Below are positions 50,541 through 64,000 of a DNA stretch of 64,000 bases, piece after piece. This DNA is from Camelus dromedarius (taxonomy: Eukaryota). The stretch's first letter is position 1. Every line of letters starts with the position of its first letter. A program made the translations under genes and the position numbers. Under the pieces are notes generated by a model. It had not been told where the DNA came from, searched no databases, and was given only the letters and a program-made list of their open reading frames with translations. The stretch lies in assembly GCF_036321535.1 (NCBI RefSeq), contig NC_087437.1, forward strand, positions 21,578,001 through 21,642,000, given 5' to 3'.

Positions 50541-51747
50541 CTTAAAACAATACATTTCATTAAAAACTAAAAATGTTAGAATCTTAAAATATTCATGCAA
50601 AAAATGTAGAGCTTCATATCTAGACTCTTAGCAAAGAGCAAATATACCCTCAAAATATTTGTATCTGCAACTTACATTAGAGGCCTACATCTTGAGGGAG
50701 GCATATAACTCTACCTTTGCTTCTGAGGAACTGAAACACAACTCCTTGGATAAGATCTAGAGTATGGATGGATTCTTCTTTCACTGAATTACTATGGTGA
50801 ATAGCATTATAGAGAAATCTTTATATATTAAGATCTAGCTTTATATTAACTCCCTTAATGTCCTTCTTGAATAATATAAAGTACAAACAAGTATTCTCAT
50901 ATTTTTCTTCTTTTAAGACTTTCACTTTACAACAGGAGGTGAAAAGAAAGAGCCAAGTGTTAGAGGGTCACAATCCCTCAGACAGGAAATGTAACATGTA
51001 ATATGATGAAGTCCAGTTCATTATTTTCTGCCATTCTCTATCCTGCCATTCCTAGGGCTTTATCATCCCTCCAATCAGTTTCCCTAGATTCTTCTCTCGT
51101 ATGATTTCACCATACCAGTGGTTTATCTTTGATTTGTTTTCAGTTGGGTCTGCAACCTTTCTTGGTTTCCTGTGACCAGCAGACAGCAACCATTACAGAA
51201 TGGGGATGAGGGAAAAAGTGGGTTTAATAACCAGTCTGCCTTTCAGGATCATAACACTGGAAAATTAGAGGGGGGCCTTAAGAAGAGTCTAACCACCTTT
51301 ATTTATTCCCAGACCCTAGTCTGGACATACAGAATCTGAATCTCCTGGGATGTTTCCTAGGTATCTGCATAAAAAAAAATTTCTTAGATGATTCTGATAT
51401 GCTGCAAGGTTTGGAAACAATAACATCAAACTACTCCATCTCTAAAACTGAGTCTCAGTAAAATAAACCATTCATATATTATATGAATACCTCATGTTCA
51501 TATAACTATGAACTGAGTCAGAACTTGGATCTGTGCTTTTGGACTTCAAGTTCAGTGCATGTTTTACTATATCACTCTTCTGAGTTCTCTCCAACCTAAG
51601 TTGCTTTACTGAGGGCTGTGGGATCCAATGATCAAACCAGTCAACAAACTCTCAATATGATTCATCTGTGACTATAACTGCTACTAATAGGTATGTCTAG
51701 GAGGAGCAGCTGTGGAGGAAAGGAAGCGAGGTGAAAATACACAATTA

Positions 51748-51981
<234 letters not shown>

Positions 51982-52041
51982 CTAAAATACATTTTTTAAA
52001 AAATCCAGCCATAACAATGTACTATATTCTTGGTAACTTAC

Positions 52042-52198
52042 CATGATGTAGGATCAGGGAATGTTCTCAGAAACCACTCATGAAAAACAGGAGGATGCCT
52101 GGGCAGGAGAAATTCTCGGAATACTTTGAGTTTTTCAGACAAAGCTGCTGATTTTGGCAGCATACACTGGCGAAGTTCCTTCCCCGTCATATAAACTC
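52042..52198 (-). CDS. ATR: ATR exon 43 (VYMTGKELRQCMLPK...HEWFLRTFPDPTSW)
   Basis: In frame; donor TG|gtaagt; 157 nt. Confidence 0.97.
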
Positions 52199-53114
52199 CT
52201 GCAAGGTAGAGCGATTTCCATCAATCACACAAGCCAAATGAGAAAAGTAGTAATTTTTTTGGTGAAAACAGGATAGGAAGTATCTTCTATTCAAATTGTT
52301 ATTCAAAAGCAAGAATAAATGGAAACATTTCAATTATGCATAGGTAAACTTATCTTCTGATATTATAAGAAAATAATAAGCACATTATCTTCCTTTAATG
52401 CTTATCCCAAGTGAAAGCTGTTGCTGGTAATAATTAATGCCAACTAAAACCAAAGTTGTGGAATCACATTCCAAAAGACACTGCTCAGAATAAATCCAAT
52501 GTGAAGAGTGCCCCTGCATGTAAGAATGCTGCAGCCCTTACTAAACATATGGTGATCTCTCTATTAATCAGCAGGCAGTACAGGTCCACACTGCATCATT
52601 ACTAAGAAACCTACAATGGTGCTCTGAAATAATTTACTCTGTGTGAAGGCTAGTCTATATTTATAGTATACCTGATTCTTAAACTAACTTTGTACAGTAC
52701 AAATCACCTGGGGAGGCAGAAGAACTTTTCCTTCTGATACATTTGTGAACTCGTATTATATAATTGATACGACTCCTGTCTATAAAGTGCCTTTTAGACC
52801 CACCTTGGTTTGGTGCTTTTTGTACCCAAGGCATAGCTAATAGTTTTATAGACAAGTCTGAGATGAGGCATTTTTTGCCTCAAATGTTGCACAGTTCAAC
52901 TAAGTTCATGATAGGATGAAAAATGTATATTCAAGTTCCTTGAAATCAGATTCAAGTGTGTTTGACCTTCAGTTCTGTGACTTATTAGTATATGAATGTG
53001 GATAAGTAGCTGCTCATAAAATAGGGATAATTTAGCTTGTTAACAATAATAAAAAAGGTACATAATATACTTAGCACAATACACATAATTTAGTAATTTG
53101 TCAGTATTATTTAA

Positions 53115-53552
53115 TGCTATGGGGTTGACTGTATCCATCAAAGAAATATGCTAATCCCTGGTTACCTGTGAATGTGATTTTATTTGAAAATAGGGTCTTT
53201 GTCCAGGTAATCAGGTTAAGATGAGGTCATTAGGATGAGCCCTTAATATAGTATGACTGATATTTTTTATAAGAGAAAACAGAGACATACAGACTTAGGA
53301 AGAAACTATGTAATGATAGAAGCAGAGAATTAGTGAAGAACCTACAAGCCAAGGAATGTCAAAGACTGCTGGCAACTCCAGAAGCTTGGAGAAAGGTATG
53401 GAACAGATTCTCCCCTCGGGCCTTGAGAGAGATTATAGCCCTACTAACACCATGATTTTAAACTCCTAGTTCCCAGAACTAGGAGAATAAACTTCTGTTG
53501 TTTGTAAACAGTTTGTGGTACTTTGTTATGGCAGCCCTAGGGGACTAATACA
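53115..53552 (+). mobile_element. ERVL-MaLR solo LTR (MLT1-like)
   Basis: TG...CA ends; aatagggtctttg, gatgaggtcat, aataaacttctgttg, tttgttatggcagccctagg motifs. Confidence 0.85.
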
Positions 53553-53611
53553 ATTATTTTCTACTTTACTCTGACAACTTGATCTAGTTAATGTATTGCA
53601 TTATATGCATT

Positions 53612-54545
53612 TAAAAACTTTCACTTTGAAATAATTTTAGACTTACAAACAATTGCATAAATGGAACAAAGAGTTCCCATATATTCATCAGCCAGATTTT
53701 GTTACTGTTTATTTCTTTTATAACAGTATACAATTCACAACAGTATACAATTCAAAACCAAGAAATTAAATTTTTATAGTATTATTAACTGATGTTCAGA
53801 CTTTATTCAAATTTCACCAGTTGTCTCACTACCATCCTTTTTTCTGAGTCAGGATCCAGTCCAGGATCCCACATTGTATTCAGTTGTCGTATCTCCTTTA
53901 GATCCTCAAATCTGGGAAATTTGTTTTTGTCTTTCATTACCTTGACTTTTTAAAGTTCTGGCCAGTTATATTTTTGTTTTTTCACTGTAAATTTACTACT
54001 TTTACCCCTTTGTAATTAGTAAGTATCTTGTAGAGAGATATTTTGAGACTCTGCAAATAATCTATTTTCCACCATATTTTTGCCAATTAATTTCAGTATC
54101 CACTGATAATCACTGCCTGCAACAGTTATTACTGTGGTGTTTGCTGACTGTTGATTTTCTATTTCCTCCATTTCTTCTATATTTATTCATTGTAATTCTA
54201 CTGTAAGGAAGAACTGTTCCCACCTTCCTATTTATTTATTTATTCATTCAAGTATTTGTTTACATCAGTGTGGACTCATGTCTACATATTTCATTCCATG
54301 GGTTATAATCTGCTACTATCATAATTTATTTTGGTGCTCAAGTTATCCCAGGTTTGGCCAGTGGGAAACTCTAATTCCAATCTAACACTTTTGGCTTCAT
54401 TCTAGCTTTCCCTTTCCTTTTCCTTTTCCTTTTCCTTCTCTAACAATGGAAAACTGGCTCTCATTAGCCACAGTATATTTACTTCTTTGCTAAGGTCTAG
54501 TTTACCCATAAAGTAGTTTCAGAATTGCTAATCAATAACCCCTAG
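53612..54545 (-). mobile_element. Ancient L1 3' region (L1MC-like)
   Basis: ttgaaataattttagacttaca...caggatccagtccaggatcccacattg pattern. Confidence 0.6.
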
Positions 54546-54800
54546 AAAAACAAATTTTCATTTACATTTTTGTAAACTACCTCAAATCCTTTTGGGATAA
54601 AGACAGAGAAGGAATGAAAACACAGGGAAAGAAGGAAGAAATTACTTAAGTACTTCAGTACATAGTACCTAGAAATTTTACTATGGCTTATACCAAAAAA
54701 ATGTACAATGGCATACATTAATAACAATTATACCTATATTACATGTTAGCAACTATTATACCCATTTTATATATTTATATCATAAGAATTAATTTTATAC

Positions 54801-54951
54801 CCTTTTCCTTATATAGTTTGGTCAGAATAGGTCTCAAGCCAGCAGTGTTGTTAACCCATTCAATAATCCCACATTCATCATTCAGTGGAATAACTGCATA
54901 TGTTCGAATATGAAGTTCTCTTCTACGAGATTCTGCATCTTTTCTTAAGCA
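54801..54951 (-). CDS. ATR: ATR exon 42 (CLRKDAESRRRELHIRTYAVIPLNDECGIIEWV...LYKEKG)
   Basis: TY.V.PL...GIIEWV hinge motif; 151 nt. Confidence 0.98.
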
Positions 54952-55065
54952 CTATTAAAAAAAAACACACATAAACTTAAGTTAAAAAATTTCTAAATGT
55001 TATGCCAAATATATCTAAAGATTGTTCATTTCATAGCAAAAGAATGTCTATGAAAGCTTGGTATG

Positions 55066-55200
55066 AGGGGGAAAAGTATATATAGCTCAGGCGTAGAGTG
55101 TGTATGCCCAGCATGCATGAGTACCTCCATTAAAAAAATAATTAAATAAATAAACCTAATTACCTCCCCTCATTAAAAAAAAAACACTTAAAAAAAAAAG
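55066..55200 (+). mobile_element. tRNA-derived SINE (Vic-1-like), B-box deleted
   Basis: TATAGCTCAG...GCATGCATGA/GTACCTCC; AACCTAATTACCTCCCC tail; TSD GAAAGCTT at 55052-55059 and 55202-55209. Confidence 0.8.
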
Positions 55201-55548
55201 AGAAAGCTTTATTATGTAGTGCAGATGAACAATTCTTCAGAACGGCAGGGCAAGAAACTACTGGGACAATATCCTTAATTTACTTCTAAATCATTAAAAA
55301 TACCTTGAGTAGGTATTTCTCTTAATTATTCATTTTTAATGCAACAACAATACTGTATTCAAAAATATTATATTTATATATTTAACAATGACAAAATACT
55401 TTTTAAAAATTACTCCCAAGATATTACTAAAACATTAAGTCCTTAGGCACAGAGACAGCTGTTTAATTTTACTTCAAAAAAATGCATGAACTGAAAAGTA
55501 TGAGTTTTATGATAAACCCCCAAATGTATTTCTTACTCTTGTAGTTTA

Positions 55549-55704
55549 TTTGTTTTTGGGTTTTTTGGGGGGGGTGGTAATTAGGTTTCTTTATGTATTT
55601 TTTAATTAATTTTTTATTTTATTTTTTAGTGGAGGTACTAAGGATTGACACAGGACCTTGTGCATGCTAAGCACACACTCTGCTGCTGAGCTATACCCTT
55701 CCCC
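55549..55704 (-). mobile_element. tRNA-derived SINE (Vic-1-like)
   Basis: Reverse-complement head CTGAGCTATACCCTTCCCC; 17-bp TSD CTTACTCTTG(T/C)AGTTTA at 55532-55548 and 55705-55721. Confidence 0.88.
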
Positions 55705-56893
55705 CTTACTCTTGCAGTTTAAAATTACAGCTTTATTTAAAAAATTATCTCCTAGCAGGAGAAAGCTTTTCCCATCTCATTTGATTAATCCTAAAATATA
55801 CTAGGTAAGGATAAACAGCATTTTGTTTAATTCCAGAACTATATGAAATAAACAAACTAAGCACACATCTATAATTGTTAACCTGTCAAATTCAAAAGGT
55901 CAATCGATGACCGAAAATACATTTTAACTTTAGGAATAAATAGGCTACATAAATGCCAGCAAAATAGTATGGCATTAGAATCACATGTAAAGATATGTCT
56001 TTCTAGACCAATGCACTGACTACAGTTTTTCACAATCAGGCTATTTTATTTGACCATGTTAATGTTGGGGAACAGTAATGAAATAACTTGATCGATAATA
56101 GAGCTGATTAAGATACATTTATAAACTACAGCCAGGCTGCTTGAAACTTCCTACTAGAAAAACACTCAGGGAGCTTTGGGACAAACATAGTAATGGTTTA
56201 GTATCAGTGAATTAAGTTACTAATTTACCAAACAATATTTTATTTTTAATTTTTTAAATTCCAAACAACATTTTAAATAAAAAATATTCATTCTCTTTAC
56301 AAGAACTTTGAAATGAGTTTTTAATGTGGTATTAGTTTTTAAATTACTTCTGGTTAAACTAAGCCCAAACCATAATTCTCCTTTTTAAAAAAAAATGAAT
56401 TCATTTGCTGCTCTATCTTTTCTATATTAAAGGTCTGAAACTTTTTCTGCTAATAAAAGAGTTACCAATGAAATGCAGGGAGGGGATAAAGAGGAGGAAT
56501 GAAGAGCTTATAGAAAAATACAATTTCCACAGTATGGTTTAATTTTTTACCAATGGAAAAATGGATGCTATGCACTTTTAAATACCTGGCTAGAGAATAA
56601 TTCAAAATACCTAAGACCATAGATAACCCCTTAAAGATATTTCTCATCTCTGAGATAGAAATCAAACACTTACCAAAAGAACTGAAAAAAATACTAGTGA
56701 TCGCCTTTAAAAAGTGTGTTGGTAAAATAGAATCTAACTTTGTTTTCTGAAATATTAAACATAAATAAATTTGATAAAAAGTATATTATAGATAATTTAA
56801 ACATTAAATAGAAAATATTTTCCCTTGTTAATACATCTTATACATTGTTCTCAATATAATAAAAGTATCTTATTTTTTAAAAATTAAGTGAAA

Positions 56894-57447
56894 CCAGCAA
56901 TTCCACTTCTAGGTATGTATCCAAAAGACTGATAGCAGAGACTCGAATAGATATTTGTACACCTACGTTCTTGGTAGCATAATTCACAATAGCCAAAAGC
57001 TGGAAGCAGCCCATGTGTCCAGTGATGGGTGATTGGATAAACAAAATGTGGTATACACATACAATTGTAGATTATCCAACCTTATAATGGAAAGAAATTC
57101 TGACACGTGCTATAACATGGATGAACCTTGAAGACATAATGCTAAATGAAATAAGCCAGTAAAAAAAGGACAAATACTGTGTGATCCTACTTATGTGAGA
57201 TATTTAGAATAACCAAATTCATCGAGACAGAAAGTAGAATGGTGGTTACCAGAGGCTGTGTGACGAAGGGTAATAAGGAGTTATTGTTTAATAGATATAG
57301 AATTTTAGCTTGAGAAGATGAAAAGTGTTCTGCAGAGGGATGGTTGTACAACAATCTGAATGTACTTAATGCCACTAAACCGAACTGAACAGTTAAAAAT
57401 GGTTAAGATGGTAAATTTTATGTTATATATATTTTATCTCAATAAAC
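56894..57447 (+). mobile_element. 5'-truncated L1 3' end
   Basis: L1 3' motifs; 13-bp TSD AAATTAAGTGAAA at 56881-56893 and 57448-57460. Confidence 0.85.
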
Positions 57448-57565
57448 AAATTAAGTGAAAAAAGGTAGTAGACTTCATTCCCTCTTTTTAAGAGAAATCT
57501 ATTTGCCCATATCACATTGATAGTAATTATGGTAACTCTAAAATAAAAGGAAACCATATCCAAAC

Positions 57566-57709
57566 CTTATTAATCAAAGAATTGAATTCCATCAGTCTAC
57601 AATCCTTTCTCAAGTCATCTTTGGGCTTACACATCATAATGTAGAACTTCCCATCAGATCCTTTTAAAGAGATCTTCTTTGGTTTCTGAAGAGAAGCAAG
57701 AATTTCTAC
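57566..57709 (-). CDS. ATR: ATR exon 41 (VEILASLQKPKKISLKGSDGKFYIMMCKPKDDLRKDCRLMEFNSLINK), kinase N-lobe
   Basis: PIKK SLQKPK and K..DDLR.D motifs; 144 nt. Confidence 0.98.
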
Positions 57710-58737
57710 CTAAAAGATGATGAGTTATATATAATTAAGGTCAAAATTCTTTGTTCAAATTTCTGTGTGTATTATAAATATTGTGTTACCTAACATAATA
57801 AGGAGAATATAATAACCTATATTATATAGCCAATTTATTATTTTAATAATTTATTTTATCTTAATTATCTATGATATGAAAAGAATGGTTCCCCATAAAT
57901 AGAGACACATTTTCACCCATTAGAAGTGGCTATTAAAGTAAAAGGATTACTTTGTCAGCAATGCAAGTACATATACATTTAAATTTAGGCAGCCCCTTAA
58001 AGCAGTCACAATGTTTAAAAGATTTTAGAAACATTTTCTAAGGACCTTTCTGCAGAACCTGAGATAGTTTTTAAATGCCTTTAATGGTAAGAAATGTTTA
58101 TCAATGGAAAGTAATTTGATATTTGAAAAAAGAAACTCCTCCAAAATTATGTAAGTAAATAAACTGAGTAATATTAAGTTAAAAACAGAGCATGACTATA
58201 AGTAACGAGAATTATTTTATTATATGGTTTAGTAACTAGCTCTTAAGCAGTTAAAACAAGTGTTTTGAGCCACAAAAGTATTGGAATAAATATAGAGTTT
58301 TCAAAAGTATTTACTTAGAAGTGCTCTAGTATCATTTCTTTAAGATAGTAATAATAACAACAAAAAAAGAATAAAAGCTCCTCCTAGTTGAATTTCACTT
58401 TCTCCCAAAGAACAAATTACAAACAAGACTTGGTATTTTCTTCTCTTTCTGTTTTCCTTTTTTAGGAGGAGTATGGAAAAATCAAATTATGGAAAAAAAT
58501 AGACTTTAGTCATACTAAAACAATCTGGACATCTGAAAAACCAAAATACTAGGTTGAACACAGGATTTTTATCAGTTAATTCTGTCCCATCAGTATAACA
58601 ATTTTACTCTTCTGTATTTCCAATCATTTTTTCTTTGTAAATAAAATTCACTTAGTCTCTGAGAAAAACAATTTTAAACTTAATTTAAAAATTTACACTT
58701 AATTTTAAAAACATAGTTATATAAAACTGCAGTTTAC

Positions 58738-58938
58738 CGTATCATCAAAGCCTGCAATATAGGCCCAATGCCCAGGAAATGGCTCATGGTTAGCATGGGC
58801 ACCTGGAATTGATGGAAGAGTAGGTATCATGACTGACTGCAAAGGAATGAGGATTTCACTAAATGTTGCGTCTTCTACCAGCCTCTTGAGCATTTTAAAA
58901 TGAGTGCTCATGCTCAGTGTGGAGCTACTTCCATCCAC
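58738..58938 (-). CDS. ATR: ATR exon 40 (VDGSSSTLSMSTHF...WAYIAGFDDT)
   Basis: Matches ORF track 58717..58938; 201 nt. Confidence 0.97.
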
Positions 58939-60428
58939 CTGGGGGAAAAAAGGTAGTACATTTTAATTTCTCTGTTTATCTTGAATTATAGAATGCTTAA
59001 CCTTACCCAAAACAAAAATTTCACTTCTAAAATATCTTAATTACAATGGCTCAGCAGTCTGTAGTTTCCTAATTGAAAAAAAAAAAAATCATCTCATTTT
59101 AAGCTCTCTGTACTCCTACCTCATCATAGGATGTTAAATGACTAAAGCAGTAGCAATGGCCTACAATTTGTTATCACACATTAAAAAATTCCAAAGAACT
59201 CTGTAAATCAAACCTTTTTTTTTTTGTACCAAATCTCATTTGGCAGCAAAAAGATACCTGAACTTCTCTGCAAAATTACATTTCACTGCAGAAACAGTTA
59301 TATATCTGATTATGGGAGAACTCCCTGAGATTACCCACAATGATACTCTATAAAGTATATGTACTGTATTAAGTGAAAAATTTGAAAAATTCTGAATTTC
59401 TAAATGTAGCTGGCCACAAAGATTTCATATAAAGAATTAAAAACATGTACATGTAAATAACTTAGAAGTGCTGGTGTTTAAAAAATGTTGGCCATTATCA
59501 TAACACTGTCTTTCATAATGTCAAGTGCATCAGAGGTCAGAAAGGATTAATGCAGACAGGAAAAACATTACTCTTTCAAGACATTTATTGGAAGGGAAGA
59601 TGAGAAATACAGTAGTCCATATTTTCTCACCTGTGGATAGATGATAGAGTGAATATGTGTATGGTGAAGTCTAGTTATTTACGTTATAAAAAGTCTTTCC
59701 CTCCTTATAATTACCCCTACTCCACTTTTACCTTTCCTATACATTCTTTAGGATTTTTTCCTTCAATTCTTTAGGTAGAACAGTGGTTCACTCCTACAAG
59801 CATGTCCATCGTCCAGTCACAAGCCCACTAAAAAAAGTATTTATTACACTAGATGACGACCATCTGCATGGTTCCCTACGAGACTATAAGCACTTCAAGG
59901 CTGGAGGACATGTCTTACTCATCTTTGTTTTTCTTAGCACAGTGCTTGTACCCTGGCAGGCAATGAAATGTGTACTTAAGAATGAAACCCAAAACTCTAA
60001 TCTTCTCTCAGGTATGTAGATTAATGTATATGAATTTTGAAAATTTAAAGATATGACAGAACACAGAGAGAACTTTAAGGATTTTACATATACTTATATT
60101 TTTATGGCTTATTTCATATCCTCTACTTAAAAAAATTTCTAATAAATATGGATAATTTACTCTCAGAAGAACTTACATTAAGAACTTTAAAAAATTTAGA
60201 GGATATATGAGAGAGGGACATACCTTAGAAATTGAAAAAACAGCTTTATTAAGATAAACTGTACATATTTATAGTATACAGTTTGATAACTTTTGATATA
60301 TGGGTACACCAACATACGTGAGAATTTTAATTTAATTAATCAGATGAAATAAAAGCAGCTAAAATCATAGAAGTTTTGTATAAAATTATCCAACATTGGT
60401 TTATAAATAACAAGATTTATGACAGTAC

Positions 60429-60563
60429 CGACTTATTGCACAATTCTAGAAGCTTATCTGTTAGGCGAGTTGCATCTCCAACAAACTTTTCTAAGGATTT
60501 TTTCATATGAATGGCTTTATTTAAGATTTCCTTGCATCTGTTCACACGCATGGGGTAGGAAGA
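60429..60563 (-). CDS. ATR: ATR exon 39 (SSYPMRVNRCKEILNKAIHMKKSLEKFVGDATRLTDKLLELCNKS)
   Basis: In frame; 135 nt. Confidence 0.96.
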
Positions 60564-61504
60564 CTGTCATTTAAAAAAAAAATTAAATGTAAGTTTTTTT
60601 AAAGATTTTTTTTTTAAAAGATCACAAAATTTTTGATTGACAAATATCAACTTAAAGAGTATACATAATGAGAGTTTACAATGATAGCAATTTCCTGGAA
60701 AGCAATTTGGCAATACTATCAATAGCCATAAAAATGCTGCTATCCTCTGACTTGATGAATTCCCTTCTTAGGATCTACCACGAAGAAACAGTCAGAAATG
60801 AGAATAAGTATAGATGTATCCTGATGTTTTGTAACAGCAAAAAAGTAAACAAGCTTAGTAATCCACAACAGTTATATAAATTATAGATGGCTAACCACTA
60901 CAGAGTTTAATACTATTTTAAAAATTATATCTTCAAAGAATATTTAATAGCATGGGAACATGATTATGGTAACAATCTTAAGTGAAAAAATATGAAATTA
61001 TACATCTATATAATCCAAATTTAATGTTAAAATATGCATAGATACAAAAATACATCAAAATATTAATGACAGTGAATTTTAATTTTATATCTGCATATTT
61101 TCTAAATTCTCTAAAATAATTCTTAAGTATATTTACTAACTGGTGTATTCCTATTAATAATGCAATAAAAATATTCTAGTACTAATATTTCAGATAGTTT
61201 GGATTAAAACACTTGAAAAAAACAGGTTACCATTTATACCAAGCACTAACAGTTTACTAGACTTCATAAAGAAAACATGATAAATTCTTTGATCTTAGAC
61301 ATACTAGTCACTTCATTAGAAACGGTAAATATTTCTGAATTTTATAATGAGAAAGTGCTAAATTTCTTTTTTAAAATAGTTAAAATTTATGTTTTGCTAC
61401 AAATCTAATGTAAGAGAGAAACTCGAACTTGTACCTACATATTAGCATTAAATAATCAACGCCACATAAAACAGAAAAAGATGCTGTTGTGATTAATATA
61501 TCAC

Positions 61505-61737
61505 CTTTGACACAGCTGTCATCATCCACATTGCTTGTTGAGGATAGGCCAGAAACACTTTGGCTATAATTTCCATCAAGACAACAAAAACTTCATCATG
61601 AGAATGACAAATTCGGGAGATCAATTGTGAAAAAGCAGTCAAAAACTGATAGGGAGCTAAGTGATTTGTGTGCTCTGTGATAACTTTGTTTATTTTAGCT
61701 AAATCATTTCTCATTTGTGCACGATCAGAGCGGCCAG
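61505..61737 (-). CDS. ATR: ATR exon 38 (AGRSDRAQMRNDL...FSQLISRICHSH...MTAVSK)
   Basis: PIKK QLISRI.H motif; 233 nt. Confidence 0.97.
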
Positions 61738-62212
61738 CTGGGGGAAAAAAAAACAAAGTTAAAAACACCAGTAAAAAATAAAACAGTGTTTCAATTTCAC
61801 AGAAAAAAATTTTTGTTTTAAAAACAGCTTTATGATGTATGTTACTCCCCTGTCCAAAGCTAGATCACCTGCCAATTTGTGAAGATAGTTTTTCTTTTTT
61901 GTCCGAGTAGGAAAAAAATATTTAGGTCCACTGAAAAACTCAAGGGCCATTAATTTTCACTAGAAGCAAACAGAATAAGCCACAATCCACTGTAATTTTT
62001 AATGTAAATTACTTGGTTTAAACTAATATTTTTCAATATGTGTTAGGTTCACCCAGGAATGAGCAGATTTTCACTTGCAGGCCCTGCAACTACAACTATT
62101 TTTTAAAAATCTATGTTTAGTATTTCCTTTCTTTTTTAACATTGAGTTTCCTGTTCACATGTAAATTAAAATCCTTCTTAATTCCTTAAAATTTTTACCA
62201 AAAAAATTGTAC

Positions 62213-62310
62213 CTTTTTCCCATTCGTATGCCTTAGCACCAAAATCAAGCCATAGCGATAACATTCGTGGCATTGACTGATATATGAACTGATTTCCATA
62301 CTGCAGAGAT
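62213..62310 (-). CDS. ATR: ATR exon 37 (SLQYGNQFIYQSMPRMLSLWLDFGAKAYEWEK), FAT region; upstream exons lie beyond window end
   Basis: Recognised ATR sequence; AG/GT ends; 98 nt. Confidence 0.96.
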
Positions 62311-62659
62311 CTGTAATTATATGGAAAAGATATTAACATAGTAATCTTCTTTACATTATATGAATTCAAATTTAAAGATTTAAACTACCACTTGAGAAAC
62401 AGATAGCCTTCTGACAAAAATTATATTATCAGTATTTGCTCCTAGTACAAGTTACCTTTGACTCTTCTCTCCCCACATTTTTTCTTTCTGTATCATTCCT
62501 CACTAAGCTCTATATTACATGGACCAAAAATAATTCAAGTTTTGACCTAGTCAGAGTCCTGTCAGTACTTTTTTCAAATTGTCCTTAGAATCTGTGCCTT
62601 CATTTGCATTCCATGGCAGTGCAAAACATATATAAAATATATTTATATTTTATTCAGAT

Positions 62660-63443
62660 TCTTTTTCTGTTTTTTTATTGTTTTTTATGAGATATTAAAT
62701 ATAGTTTTCCCTGTGCTATACAGTAGCACCTTGTTTATCTATTTTATAAATAATAGCTAATACATGCTAATCCCAAACTCCTAATTTATCCCTCACCCTT
62801 TCCCCTTGGGTAACCATAAGTTTGTTTTCTATGTCTGTGAGTGTTTGTTTCATAAATATGCTCATTTGTATTATTTTTTTAGATGCAACATATAAGTGAT
62901 ATCATATTATTTGTCTTTCTCTGCCTGACTTACTTCACTGAGTATGATAATCTCTAGGTCCATCTATGTTTTTGCAAATGGCACTATTTCATTCATTTTT
63001 ATGACCAAGTAATATTCCATTGTGTGTGTGTGATGTGTGTGTGTATATAGATGTGATACACACACCATACATACCACATCTTCTTTATCCATTAATCTGT
63101 TGATGGAAATTTAGGTTACTCTCAAGTCTTGACTATTGTCAAAAAGTGCTTCTATGAACATCAGGGTGCATTTATCTTTTCAAATTAAGAGTCTTCTCCA
63201 GATATATGTGCAGGAGTGGGATTGCTAGATCATATGGTAAGTCCATTTTTAGTTTTTAACTAACTTTCACATTGTTTTCCATAGTGGCTGCACCAATTTA
63301 CATTCCCACCAACAGTGTAGGAGGGTTCCCTTTTCTCCACATCCTCTCCAACATTTGTTATTTGTAGACTTTTAATACAGCTATTCTGACCAGTGTGAGG
63401 TGATACCTCACTGCAGTTTTGATTTGCATTTCTCTAATAATTT
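62660..63443 (-). mobile_element. L1 ORF2 end plus 3' UTR (artiodactyl-type)
   Basis: Reverse-complement L1 motifs ttacattcccaccaacagtgtaggagggttccc and gatttgcatttctct. Confidence 0.85.
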
Positions 63444-63444
63444 T

Positions 63445-64000
63445 AGCTGTTATTTCTTGAAATAAACTCCTTGCTTCCTTCTCCCTCTCTTCTCTTCTGG
63501 GGTACTCATTACCCTAAAGTTGCTCTTCCTAAAAGAGTATAGCTCTTGCAGAATTTCCTCATTTTAAAAATATCTTCTCTTTCCTGTTCTACTTTAATCA
63601 TTTCTAGATTTCTATCTTCAAGCTTGCTAATTTTCTCCTTTATATTTCCAGTGCTTTTAAGTGCATTCTTCATCTTGTTTATTAAGTTCCTCAACTCTGG
63701 AATTTCTGTTCGGTTCTTTTTTAGAGTTTCAGTCTCTTTGGTAAGTACTCCTTCTGTTTATTGATTGTATTCCTGAGCCCACTGAACTGCTTTTCTGAGT
63801 TTTCTGTAGCTCATTGTGTTTCTTCATGACAGCCATTTTGATTTCTCTATCAGTTAGATTATAATATTCTGTGTCTTTAAGTTTGGTTTCCGGAAAACTG
63901 TCGTTTGCTTTTTGTGGTACAGTGTTACTGTGGTTCTTCATGGTGCTAGATGAGTTGTTCCTCTGCCAGCATATTTGAAGTAGGGACGGGTTAAAGATTA
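63445..64000 (-). mobile_element. L1 ORF1-region remnant
   Basis: ORFs 63729..63941 and 63509..63694 resemble the L1 ORF1p N-terminus and coiled coil (ISKLEDR). Confidence 0.7.

Overview
Mammalian genomic DNA, AT-rich and repeat-rich; tRNA-Ala-derived SINEs resembling Vic-1 suggest a camelid. Two spliced genes lie in tandem on the minus strand: the last 11 coding exons of ATR (numbered 37-47 by human convention: end of FAT, PI3K-like kinase and FATC; stop at 46131) and, about 1.4 kb downstream, the CpG-island promoter and first 22 coding exons of XRN1 (ATG at 44719; 2613 nt, 871 codons, continuing past the left edge). All exon junctions were read by hand, are GT-AG and keep frame. Introns carry L1, L2, MIR, Tigger/MER, MLT and young SINE/L1 insertions with target-site duplications. 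The two genes are well known and I see no new gene system. The best leads are regulatory or mutational: (1) a 72-nt candidate poison exon in XRN1 intron 3 whose 5' splice site sits in a perfect 9-bp hairpin; (2) an Arg-rich uORF ending 8 nt before the XRN1 ATG; (3) a 24-nt copy of ATR exon 46 embedded in a neighbouring L1; (4) a phase-compatible ATR exon 46 to XRN1 exon 2 read-through; (5) an intronic stop plus poly(A) signal giving FATC-less ATR; (6) repeated insertions at one target site. Repeat family names and human comparisons are from memory, not database searches.
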